DNA of 64,000 nucleotides, taken from the NCBI GenBank assembly GCA_023213395.1, contig CM041465.1, forward strand, positions 90,899,741 through 90,963,740, given 5' to 3'. Both the position numbers and the translations under genes were made by a program. The notes under the pieces are model-generated. The model saw only the letters and a list, made by a program, of their open reading frames with translations, had not been told where the DNA came from and ran no database searches. Position 1 is the first letter of the stretch. Each line of letters opens with the position of its first letter. This DNA is from Cycas panzhihuaensis. Taxonomy: Eukaryota; Plantae; Cycadophyta. This document shows positions 1 to 10,628 of the stretch, piece by piece.

Positions 1-315
1 TACTTCACCTTCTTTGTATTACAACTCCGCATTTCCTCAATACCCCATTCCGCAAACCAATCCTAGCGTTAATCCATATGTTTGGTTTAACCCTTCACAC
101 TCGCTTTGAACTCATTCTTTATGTCATGAACGACAACCCCTGGCTTCATCCTTCCCTTAGTCATCCTCCTTACCTCAACATTGAGGCTAAGGAAGCCCTT
201 TCTTGATTACATGAGGTCCCTTTTTCCACAAGAGGTCCTATGGCATCCGTGCCTCCTTTTTTTCCTAAAATTACCAAAATTTTTAGGTGAATCTTCCTAG
301 GTTCCTACATCGCAT

Positions 316-1542
316 ATGCAAGCTTTTGCACTTGCATGTACTGACTTTATGTCATATGATTATGTGATGATGCGACTTTTTCCTAAATCACTTCAAAGTG
401 ATGCTTTGAAGTGGTTCTATCGCCTTCCTTCTGCATCTATTTTCTCTTTTCAACAATTGGTGGACTCATTTATTAATTATTTTGATGTTGCAAGGCCCTT
501 TGAGTTCGGAATTAAATCTTTGCTTGTGATAAAACAAAATCATGATGAAACTTCTCGAGACTTTGTTAGGAGGTTTCAGGATCAAGTCCATGCTTGTCAT
601 TCTCCTTTAGACTCCAGTCTCCTTTTTGACCTCTTTACCAATGCTTTAAGGCCCCATGTCCATTTGGAGGTCCTGAAGCTTGGTCCTCATACCTATGAAG
701 AAGCTATTGATAGATGCCTAGCCCTTGAAACTTTTATGATTCAAGCAAGGATTAAGAAAGTTGGCAAGTCATTACGACCTAAAAAATCAATTCAAACACC
801 TAAATCATCTCATTTTGAGCCAACTTATGACTAGCTTACCTCATCCATTAGATCATTGGAGCGAACTATAAATACTAAATTGCGTATTAACAACCCTCCT
901 CCTAATCCATCCAATCAAGAAGTTAAGGTTATACACCTCACTAAAGGAAAGAAACGTCAAAATCCTCCTACCCCTCCTCCAGTGAAGAAAACCAAATGGT
1001 GCTTATATCACCAAATCGACAATCATGATAGAAGTCAATGTTGTGTGGTACAAGCGATGAGTCATAAACCTCAACCTCAAGATGGTAAGACTTCTAAGCC
1101 TAATCAAGATCGACTTGTTCACAAGGACCCGTTGCCACACCATGAATCTAAGGAAAGTAAGGATAAAGATAAAGGCAAAACTAAGCAAGCAGAAGCTAGT
1201 GAAGATGAGGGTTTGGAATCTGATCCAACTAAGAAATCAAACACCACATATTATACAATGGGAAAACGAACTAGTAATCAAACTCGCCCACCTCCTAGAG
1301 GTGGAGAAGCCAAGAGAACCATCAATATGGTCAGGGTTACAAAGAACTCAGGGCCAACCAAATCACTTGATGATTTGACTATCAAGAATCCTGATTCTTT
1401 GCCGCTTGTTCCTCCTTGTCCTATTCGGTTCCGATCTATTCCTTTTACTCTAAGGGATGAATCCTTCTCTTTGGTTGAGGAGTTGAAGACAATTCTTGCA
1501 AGAATATCAGTTATGGATTTGCTAAAGTGTTGCCTCAAATAA
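316..1542 (+). pseudogene. gag: gag of Tat element (retrotransposon gag core plus Cys/His motif)
   Basis: RLFPKSLQSDALKWFYRLP...IKQ...ETSRDFVRRF is a typical retrotransposon gag core. WCLYHQIDNHDRSQC is the Tat-type Cys/His motif. In-frame stop at 832-834. Confidence 0.85.
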
Positions 1543-1654
1543 AGACAATCACTATTTGATGCTTTAGGAGTTCCCACTCCTAATATTTCACCTGGTCTGA
1601 CTCTCTCTTTTGATTTAGCTGCCTTGCCTAGTAATTCGAAACATGCTCCTAATG

Positions 1655-2196
1655 AAATTCCACCTTTCTACATTGAGATTTCTAAAGATGACATTAATAT
1701 TCACTAAGTCATTGCTGACGAAGGCTCATCTGTAAATGTGATTCCTCTTTGTCTTGTTAAAGACTTAGAAATTTCTGTTTTTGGACCATGTGAATGGATC
1801 TGTTAAGGCTATGACAAGAACCAGAAAATCCCTTTTGGACAGGTTGCTCTCCCTTTGATGTTAGAAGGGAAGACGATCTTGGTTGACCTAACTATCATTG
1901 ATTTAGACCTTGGATATAACATCCTCCTGGGTAGGCCATGGATTACCGAGATGTCCGCTGTTTGTTCCTCCCTCTTTGGTGAACTTAGGTTCATTCATGA
2001 AGGAGAATTAAAGATTGTTAAATGTAAACCAAAATCTGTTAAGCAGTTAGATCCTTTACTTGAAACTGTTGTAGAATCTGGAGAGTGTTCCAATTTTTCT
2101 GAGTATTTCTTTAAGTCTCTAGGTTTGGGACAATATTTTGCTATTGAAACCCTTGTTGTTCCTGAAACTGAAGTTAAGGACGTTAATATGATTTAG
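1655..2196 (+). pseudogene. aspartic protease of Tat element
   Basis: PPFYI...VIADEGSSVNVIP (degenerate D-x-G-S site) and YNILLGRPWI motif; internal stops. Confidence 0.8.
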
Positions 2197-2891
2197 AAGA
2201 TACCTTTGGAGTCAGGTTCTTTATCTTCCTTTGTTCACGTGGAGATGGTTCAATCTACTTTGTCTCCTTTCCTAATTCTTCCTCTTCCAGAGGATGTCTT
2301 TTATGATGATAATTAAACTTGTGATAAGTCATCTTTATCGCAAGGAGTCATTCCCATTACTTCACCTAGAAATGAACAAGACTTCACATGTGCATTATGT
2401 CTTCCTTTGATTGGAAGTACCTTTAATAATCTTGTAATAACTGCGCATTCGCATAGATGATCAATTTCACCCCATGACTTTGTGCCTGTATCTAGTAGGG
2501 TTTCATTCCTTCTATCTCCCTTCTTTGTCACTTGGTTCAATTGACATGAGAAGAAGCTTTTGTTACATAGACACCCTATTTTTTCACCTGAAAGTGAAAT
2601 CCCTTTGCCGCCTTCTTCACTTGGGTCAAGTCGAACACCACCTAGAAAGATCAAGGAAGTTAATATGATTTCAATCATTTCTTTGCCTTCTCAGGGCTCC
2701 TTTCAAAACTCACAGTCACCTCTTGTCCATATATCTCCACCTTGCAATGTTCCTTTAATTAATCAATCTAGCTTCAAATAAGTGTTCACTTCAAGTTGGG
2801 ATTTTACAGATCATGTTACCCCTTTCACGCAAGCATCTTCGACTATTGATGTTTTCCCAACCCGAGATCATCAAGCTTTCAATAGTTCCCC

Positions 2892-3125
2892 TGATAAATA
2901 TTTATGTAATACTCTTTAAATATCATTTTAAAGGTATTTAAGGAACCTAATTAGCAATTACTGCATGGAACACACGTCCTACATACAACCAACTCAAGTT
3001 TGTATAAATATGTAAGTCATTTCTTCAAGAAATGAATGAAGAGAGAAGTTACTCTTTTCTCCTCTTAGTCTAGCATTCTTGTGCATGCTCAAGGCCAGAA
3101 GGTGCTTCAATCCAAAGGCATATCA
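2892..3125 (+). repeat. 5' LTR of non-autonomous element (234 bp)
   Basis: Direct repeat of 5161-5415, followed by a PBS. Confidence 0.92.
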
Positions 3126-3127
3126 AT

Positions 3128-3139
3128 TGGTATCAGAGC
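3128..3139 (+). promoter_or_regulatory. Primer binding site (tRNA-iMet)
   Basis: tggtatcagagc 2 nt after the LTR end. Confidence 0.92.
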
Positions 3140-3442
3140 TTAGTCGGTCTCTAGGGATCTTATCATTAATATTCTTCAATGGTTATCTCTTCTTCCACAC
3201 CATCTTTTCAATTGAAGGGTACACCAACCTCTTCCTTCCTTCCTTTGACAATTGAATTTGGTGGGATAATCCTCTGTAAGTGGGCTGTGCACGCGCATCA
3301 CAACTTAATTTTTGTTCAAATAATTTTCACTTTTCAATCTTGGGTTTGCAGTTCATTACATAGGAGGAAGGATGGATTCTACTACTCCACAGTGCCAAGA
3401 ATGAGTGAAAAGACCTCAAGCAAACTACCGAATAACATTCCA

Positions 3443-3590
3443 GTACCGACGCATCCTACGATTTGACCCCGAGACTGGGAGTCTAGTGTTTTCTTCTATA
3501 GAGTGAGAAGAATTGCAGTACCGTCGTGTCTAAAGATTCAACCTTGAGATTGATAGCCCAGTGTTTTCTTCTCTAGAGTGAGAAGTGGAT
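3443..3590 (+). repeat. Two diverged tandem copies of a ~75-bp unit
   Basis: gtaccg...agtgttttcttct(a/c)tagagtgagaag occurs twice. Confidence 0.75.
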
Positions 3591-3686
3591 TCTACCCTAA
3601 GGCGACAAGAACAAGTGGAGAGGGAGAGAGGGTTCATGGAGTTCCGATAGGAACAACGACGCTTTTGTGTCCTACTGGTCTAATAA

Positions 3687-4415
3687 TTCAATTCCGCGTC
3701 TGGCTCTTCAGTGATTTTACCTTCACCGCGGGGAGTTGCTACCTCAGAGAGACCACTAGTTGATATCATTGATGAAAGACGCCAACAAAGATTAGAGATG
3801 AACGTCGCTCGTGCACGACGATCATCGCCCCAACTACCATAGATGAACGATTTCCTAGAATGATTACGACTACGACCAAAGCCTGGTGAATCTCACCTTC
3901 ATGCAATAGGAGGACCAAACTTGTTTATGAGTGAAAGTAGTACATGCTCGAATCCTGAAACCACCCAACATAGTAGTAACTCATGGACCTCTTCATTGCC
4001 ACTCGGCATTTGACCTACTCCACAATATTCTCTCTCAACCCCCCGACTTTCTATAGCCTCTACTGTAGCAAGCCCTAACGAAAATACAGAGGAACAAGAC
4101 AATGGAAATCTTCCTAATCTCGATTCTATGCTTTCTTCACCGCATCTCATCCGAGCCAAGGTTGTATGCAAGGCTTGGAATTCCACGATTTCCTCGTCGC
4201 CGACCTTCAGGGTGCTTTGGGATACCTTTAATTGGAACCCCTGCAAACATTATCTGGTGGCATAGCACACAAGCGAAGGGTCACATGGTATAATTCTCTT
4301 TAACCCTTTATTAAATCGTTGGTTTCGAATATATTTGAATTGGATCTACTCACCCTTGTCTCTCCTCCTATGTGCGACAACAATGAAGCCGAACAAAACT
4401 TCAAAACCTACGTAG
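3687..4415 (+). pseudogene. Decayed cargo ORF with F-box-like motif
   Basis: One frame of ~240 codons broken only by TAG/TGA at 3840, 3861, 4011 and 4263. Contains NLPNLDSMLSSPHLIRAKVVCKAWNSTISSSPTF (F-box-like L..R...VCK.W...I.S..F) and GIILFNPLLNRWFRI. Confidence 0.55.
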
Positions 4416-4623
4416 ATGAAGCCAACGTCATCCAAAACATATGTCGCTCATGTTGCCCGTTCGATTAATTCGACATAACCTAAAGTTCTAACACTTAGGA
4501 ATATGTGAATTAAAATATTCTAAAGTTTGTCTTACATTGTTTTCTTTTATGAAAACAATAATTATTAATATTGCTATTGTTGAGTAGTTTTCAAGGTAAA
4601 AGGAGGAAGTTGTGAGTATACGA

Positions 4624-4978
4624 CCATAAGCCCTTTATAGGCAGGCGTACCTTAGACCACCTACTCAGGATATATCTCCTTCAATATCATTTTAGGGCAC
4701 ATTGCCATAAGCCCCCTCCTTAGGCAGGTGTGACCTGAACATTGGTAAGTGAGCATACTTCATTTTTTCCGTGTACAATGGGCATATTGTCATAAGCCCT
4801 CTCCATAGGCAGACATCCCATATCATTCTTCTGAAATTCTTGTACAATGGATATATTGCCATAAGCCCTCTCCTAAGGCAGGCGTACTTTGTATAATTTC
4901 TCATTGGTAGCTATAGTTCTGAGATAAATTTTCTTTTACGGACATATTGCCATAAGCCCTGTCCATAGGCAGGCATAC
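4624..4978 (+). repeat. Array of five ~38-bp conserved motifs with variable spacers
   Basis: Consensus ggrcatattgccataagccctctccataggcaggcrtac at 4624, 4695, 4780, 4849 and 4940 (first copy 5'-truncated); periods 69-91 bp. Confidence 0.9.
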
Positions 4979-5160
4979 CCCACACAAATACCATGTCTCA
5001 TGGTCAAGAGGATCAGTCTCAATCAAACATCACTGAGTTGTTGTTTTCGACACTTGACAACGGCAAAACCAAGCAACATATTTCTGAAGTAGCTCTCCAA
5101 CAACATTTTCCCCATCTTCAATAGAAATTAGAGCCAATTTCTTTTTAAGCAGGGAGGAAA

Positions 5161-5415
5161 TGATAAGTATTTATGTAACACTCTTTAAGTATCATTTTAA
5201 AGGTACTTAAAGAACCTGATTAGCAATTAGGTATATAGGCGACATGTCCTGCATGGAACACACATGTCCTACATACAACCAACTCAAGTTTGTATAAATA
5301 TGTAAGTCATTTCTTCAAGAAATGAATGAAGAGAGAAGTTACTCTTTCCTCCTCTTAGTGTAGCATTCTTGTGCATGCTCAATGCCGAAAGGTGCTTCAA
5401 TCCAAAGGCATATCA
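5161..5415 (+). repeat. 3' LTR of non-autonomous element (255 bp)
   Basis: Direct repeat of 2892-3125 with a ~20-bp indel; preceded by a PPT. Confidence 0.92.
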
Positions 5416-5699
5416 GCCCCTCTTATGAGATCGTTACCTTGCCTCTCCACTAAGGTTAATAATTTCGTTCTCATGGATCTTTATCATTTAGACCATTTTG
5501 AGAATGATGAGGCGATTTTGGAACATCTAGTTGGATCTTCACCTAGTCTTCCTCCCAATCATCATAAGCTAGGTTTCACTAAACAAATACTTCTTGACAA
5601 ACAATTGGCTGATTCCCATCAACTTTCAGAGGAAGCTATGTCTTTTGTAGACCTTGCCCCTCCTCATTTTGAGAAAGGGAACACTATGCTTATTGGTGA

Positions 5700-8480
5700 T
5701 ACTATTGATATTGACTTGGAGCTAGGTGATGCTCTAAAGATAATCAAAGTTGGAGCCAATTGTTCTCCTGAGGAAATCCTTCAACTTAAAAGTCTTTTCG
5801 TGTGTTTAGTTCCATTTTTGCTTGGGATTATAGTAATATGCATGGCCTTCACCCAAATGTTGTTGTTCACAATATCACCACCATCTTAGGCATTAAGCCA
5901 AAACGTCAAAAGCAAAAACCCATACATCCTCATCTGTCAACCATAATTAAACAAGAGATTGAGAAACTTTTGAAAGCTGGATTTATAGAAAGTATTGACT
6001 ATTCTCAGTGGATTTTAGACATAGTCCTTGTTGCTAACAAGAACGGATCTATCCGCATGTGCATCAATTTTCGTAATATCAATGACACTTGTCCCAAGGA
6101 CAACTTCCCCTCCCTTTCTTAGACCAGATTTGGGGTCAGACCGTAGGTTTTGAAGTTCTCTCTCTTATGGACGATTTCTTGGGTTACAATCAGATCCTTA
6201 TTTCTCTTGAGGATTGGCATAAGACAAATTTTATGACTCCTTGGGGCACTTTTGCCTATAAATTCATGCCATTTGGTCTTAAAAATATTAGAGCCATATA
6301 CCAACGGGCTATGGTATTCATATTCCGTGACTTTATTGGTATTATAATCGCGGTCTATTTGGACGACATGTTTGCTCTATTACGATGATGACAGGATTAT
6401 GTACGAGATTTATGAGCCATCTTCGAGAGATGTCGCAAGATTCGTCTTTGTTTGAACCCAAACAAGTGTGTATTTGCCATCACATCGGGTAGGATGTTGG
6501 GTAATATAGTTTTACATGATGGGATTAGGATTGACCCAAACAAGGTTAAAGCTATCATTGAAATGTTCCCCCCTTAAATGCAAAAGCAAGTGAAGTCATT
6601 TCTTAGAAAACTTGGTTTCCTTCAATGTTTCATTGCTAATTTTGCCTTGGATGCTAAACCCCTTACAAACCTGTTGAAGAAAGAAGCCTCCCTCACTTGG
6701 ACTCCTCGTGCACAAGAGTCCTTTGATAAGTTGAAACAAGCATTAATCTTTACTCTTGTCCTTGTTCCTCCTGTATTCGATAAGCCCTTCATTTTGTACA
6801 CATCTTCCACTGAAGAGTCTTTGGCTGGTATGCTGGCTTAGGAGGATGATTTTGGTAAGGAGCGAGCTATTTATTTTATAAGCAGAACATTGGTTGCAAC
6901 GGAACTTCATTACCCTTTTGCTAAGAAAGAGTGTCTTTCATTAGTCTTTGCCACTTAGAAGTTGCACCATTACCTTTTAGGCAACACTATTCTTTTTATC
7001 GTTCAATCGGATCGAGTCAGGTACTTACTAAGGTTGATCTTATAGGCCATTTGGGTAAATGGGCCCTGTTATTACAAGAGTTTGATTTGCATATTGTCAA
7101 TCGGAAATTTAAAAAAGGAATGGTTGTTGCTGAGATGATGGCCAAAACATTGTTACCAAATCCTTCGAATGAAATTGTTGATGATAGACTTCCTAATGAG
7201 CATGTCCTCCAAGTGGAGATTCTTCATTCGGAAGATACCTGGTACAAAAAAATTAAGTCCTATTTGCATAATCAAACCCTTCCTTCCTCTTCTTCTTTAA
7301 AAAAGAGAAGGAGAATTCAGGTTGCTGCCCGCCAGTATTTGTTGCTTGACGGCATTCTCTATAAGCGTTCATTTGATGGAATCTTGTTGAGATGTCTTTC
7401 GCTTGACGAAGCTCATACCGCTTTGGTTGAGTGTCATGACGATATTTGTGGAGGCCATTTCGATGGTCAATTTACCGTTCAACGCATTTTGTGCATGAGA
7501 TATTATTGGCCGTCATTGTTTAAGGATGCTCATGCTTATGTTCGTAAGTGTGAGAAATGTTAATCATATGCTACATTGATTCATCAACTTGCACAAGGTC
7601 TCAAGTCCATAATCTCTCCTTGGCCCTTTTTTCAATGGGGTTTAGACCTTATTGGGCAGATTTTCCCTCCATCTTTGAATGGACATAAGTTCATCATCAC
7701 TGCTACTAAATATTTTACGTAGTGGAGCAAAGCCATTCCTTTAGTTTCGCCTATAGGAAAGATAGTTGCTACATTTATTTTCCAACATATTATTTGTAGG
7801 TTTGGTGTGTAAGATGTTATCATTATGAATAACAGGACTTCGTTTTATAATCCACATGTGAAAGAACTATTTGAGAAGTTTCGTATCACCCATCGATTTT
7901 CGGCCCTATACCATCCCCAAGTTAATGGCCAGGTTGAAGCATTCAATAAAACTTTAGCTAAGATTCTAGCAAAGACTGTGACCACCTCACACCGTGATTG
8001 GCATACACAATGATTCCCTGCATTGTGGGCATACCACACATCGATTAGGAATGCCACTGCCATGGCAACATTCTTTTTAGTTTATGGCATTGAAGTTGTT
8101 CTACCTTTGGAGGTGGAAATTCCACCTCTACGTATTTCCTTGAAAGAATTTATTGATGAATAGTTTTAGAGAGAAGCTCATCTTTTAGAGCTTGAGAAGG
8201 TTGATGAAACACATTTAACTACTTTACAAAACAATTTGGCTTCTAAAGCTAGAGCTCCAGCTGCACATGATAAGCTGTTGAGACCTCATAGGTTTCACGT
8301 TTGAGATAAAGTCTTGAAACTTGAGTACTTGCATGATAAACAACGTAAATTTGCACCTAAGTGGGTGGGACCATATCTGGTAGTTGAAGATCTAGATAAT
8401 GGTGCCTACCGTGTTTCTACTTTAGAAGGATTAGAGCTCCAAAAGCCTATTAATTCACAATTTTTATGAAGGTTTTACGT
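5700..8480 (+). pseudogene. pol: pol of Tat element: RT, RNase H, integrase (frameshifted)
   Basis: RT: KNGSIRMCINFRNIN..CPKDNFP, GYNQI, MPFGLKN, VYLDD. RH: KPFILYT, KWALLLQEFD. INT: HDDICGGHF..YYWP..C..C, PWPF.QWGLD, YHPQVNGQVEA, KFAPKWVGPY. Confidence 0.93.
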
Positions 8481-9460
8481 TGAATCTTCACTTTCTCTGC
8501 AATGAGGGTAAACTCTGGCTCCGAAAGCATTATTGTCTGATGAGCTAAAACTGGGGACAATCTCCTTTTTCATTGCTTCTATTATCAATCGAGTTCTTTG
8601 AAGTTTTCTTATACATGATTTGTTCCTAATGGCCATGTAAGACAATTGTCCTTTCTATAGGCATAGGCATTGGTCATCAGGACTACACCTCTGTCTTGGG
8701 TGTTCTCTTACGTTTTTTCTTAGGCTTCTCATTTGAGCTCCAAGTTCAAAAGAGAAGTTAGGGCCAGAGTTCTATCGTTAGAAGTTGTAAGCAAATAGGG
8801 AACTTAAGTTATCAACTTCAATTAGTATGTGAGTTGCTTAGCTTGTTCTTCATATTTACCTTTTAGCATTGAGGTTCTGGTTTGCTTGTACACTGCTCAT
8901 ATATATTAACTTACAATCCTTGGTTATCTTTATTACACTCTTAAGGTGATTACTCATTTTGTTGCCTTCCCCGTTGCACTCAGAGACGTCGTGATTTAGA
9001 GTTCCTTTTGCTCTCGGCGGTTTATTCTTTAAGGAGTTTGGTTGACACCTCTCATTACTTTAGCTTCACTAAAAAGGGATAGTCTTTGTTGTACTGAGAA
9101 AAGTTATTTCATGACTAGGTGAGTTATTGAGTCGTTCAATTGTAAATATTGAAAAGTTGATATAAAATTAAAAAAAAAAGAGGAAAGATCAAAAGAGAAA
9201 AAGAAAAAATCATCAAAAATGAAAAGTATGAAAGTTCTTGGTTCATTTATATCACCCTCTTGTTATTCGGGGCAAGTCGCATGAGGGCTTTGTCTCCCCC
9301 TATATTCATTATAGGTCGGGTTCATTTGGGTGCGTCAATCAAGACCTGTGGATCCAATTGCGTGGGTCCACCATGGCCTTAGTTGTGATCGAAACCTATT
9401 TGACATCTTTTTTGTTTCTGTTATTTGCCTAGTTATGATCTTACCTTTCTCTCTTTACAG

Positions 9461-9965
9461 TTGAAACTGCTTTTCCATTTATCACCTCTGATTCCTCATT
9501 GATTGATTCTCGCCACTTACCTTCATCTATCATTTAGTCTCTGAGTTTTGGTTTCTATTCTTCCCATGGCATTGAGTATATATACTAACGGAGGTAGTAG
9601 AGGCAACCTGGGATCATCTGCTGTTGCATGGGTGATTTATGATCAATCAGGGAATCTATTTACTTCTGCTGGTTTATTCCTACCTAGGGCAACCGATAAT
9701 GAAGCTAAATATATTGTCATTATAGGAGCTTTGACTGATGTGTTACATTCCTACCATGGTCCCATTAGTCTTTATTCTGACTCTCAAGTTGTAGTTTATC
9801 AGTTGGTTGGTATATATCATACCCATTCTCCACAGCTCCTTGCTCTTCATCATCAGGCTTCACTATTGATGTCTTCATTTTCTTCAGTTACTATTCAATA
9901 TCTCATGTGGCTATAATACTGAAGCTGATGCCTTAGTCTCTCATATTTTGAGGAACTATCTTGGA
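9461..9965 (+). pseudogene. Additional (archaeal/RNase HI-type) RNase H downstream of integrase
   Basis: IYTNGGSRGNLGSSA...ATDNEAKY...GAL...LYSDSQVVVYQL.G.Y, then NTEADAL after a frameshift. Matches RNase HI motifs DG.SRGNPG / TNN.AEY / DS.LV / N..AD.L. Confidence 0.88.
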
Positions 9966-10628
9966 TAGTTTTTGTTTTATGCTAGGGGCATTACTCTGGA
10001 ATGAGTATAAACTTCACTCCGGGATGAGTATAAACTATCATGTAAGTATTGGAAAGAAAAAAAAAACAGAAATAACCAAAAGGAAACAAAAATTTTCATG
10101 ATTTTTCATTTTTAGTTGTAATATAGAACATATGTGTTTTGATTGTACATTTTAACATAGGGAAACAAAGGGGGGGAATGGGGGGAATAAGGTTAGAATC
10201 AATATTTCACCCATACATTTGTAACCTTTGAAACTAGAAATGAAAGTGATATATATATATATATAGATATGAGTACATCATTGTCAAAATACATGGTCAT
10301 GATTATAGAGCCTCACTGGGCATATGTACATTGTCATAACTACATGATCTCTCGAGTCCCCATGCTTATGGAGCTCCTACCCTCCTCCTCATCCCCTCCC
10401 TATATATAAACATGCTCATTCTTGTGACGGATGATGGGAGCTGCTTTGTCCTCCTCTCTGTTGTCCTTCTTGATGTTGACCTTGAGAGTGACTATGAGTT
10501 GACTTTCTCTTAGGTGGCCATCGTCTCCCCTACTGAACGGTCGTGTTGCCTGATGGAGTCACTCTTCCACCTACCTATGGAATCGCCATCCTCATGAGGT
10601 GGCATTGCTTATCCTCCGCTGATCGTAG

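Larger units (their letters stand above)
2892..5415 (+). mobile_element. Complete non-autonomous LTR retroelement (large TRIM/LARD-like, 2.5 kb) nested in the Tat PR-RT linker
   Basis: Two similar LTRs TGATA...TATCA (2892-3125, 5161-5415), PBS tggtatcagagc (3128-3139), PPT agggaggaaa (5151-5160), flanks tcccc/gcccc (TSD with 1 mismatch). No gag/pol motifs inside. Confidence 0.92.

Noticed and set aside
4624-4978. CRISPR array
   Set aside because: Eukaryotic retroelement context with no cas genes. Repeats are degenerate, periods vary from 69 to 91 bp, and spacers are partly homologous to each other.
5371-5889. 172-aa ORF as an independent gene
   Set aside because: It is a chimeric read-through from the nested element's 3' LTR into the Tat pre-RT linker.
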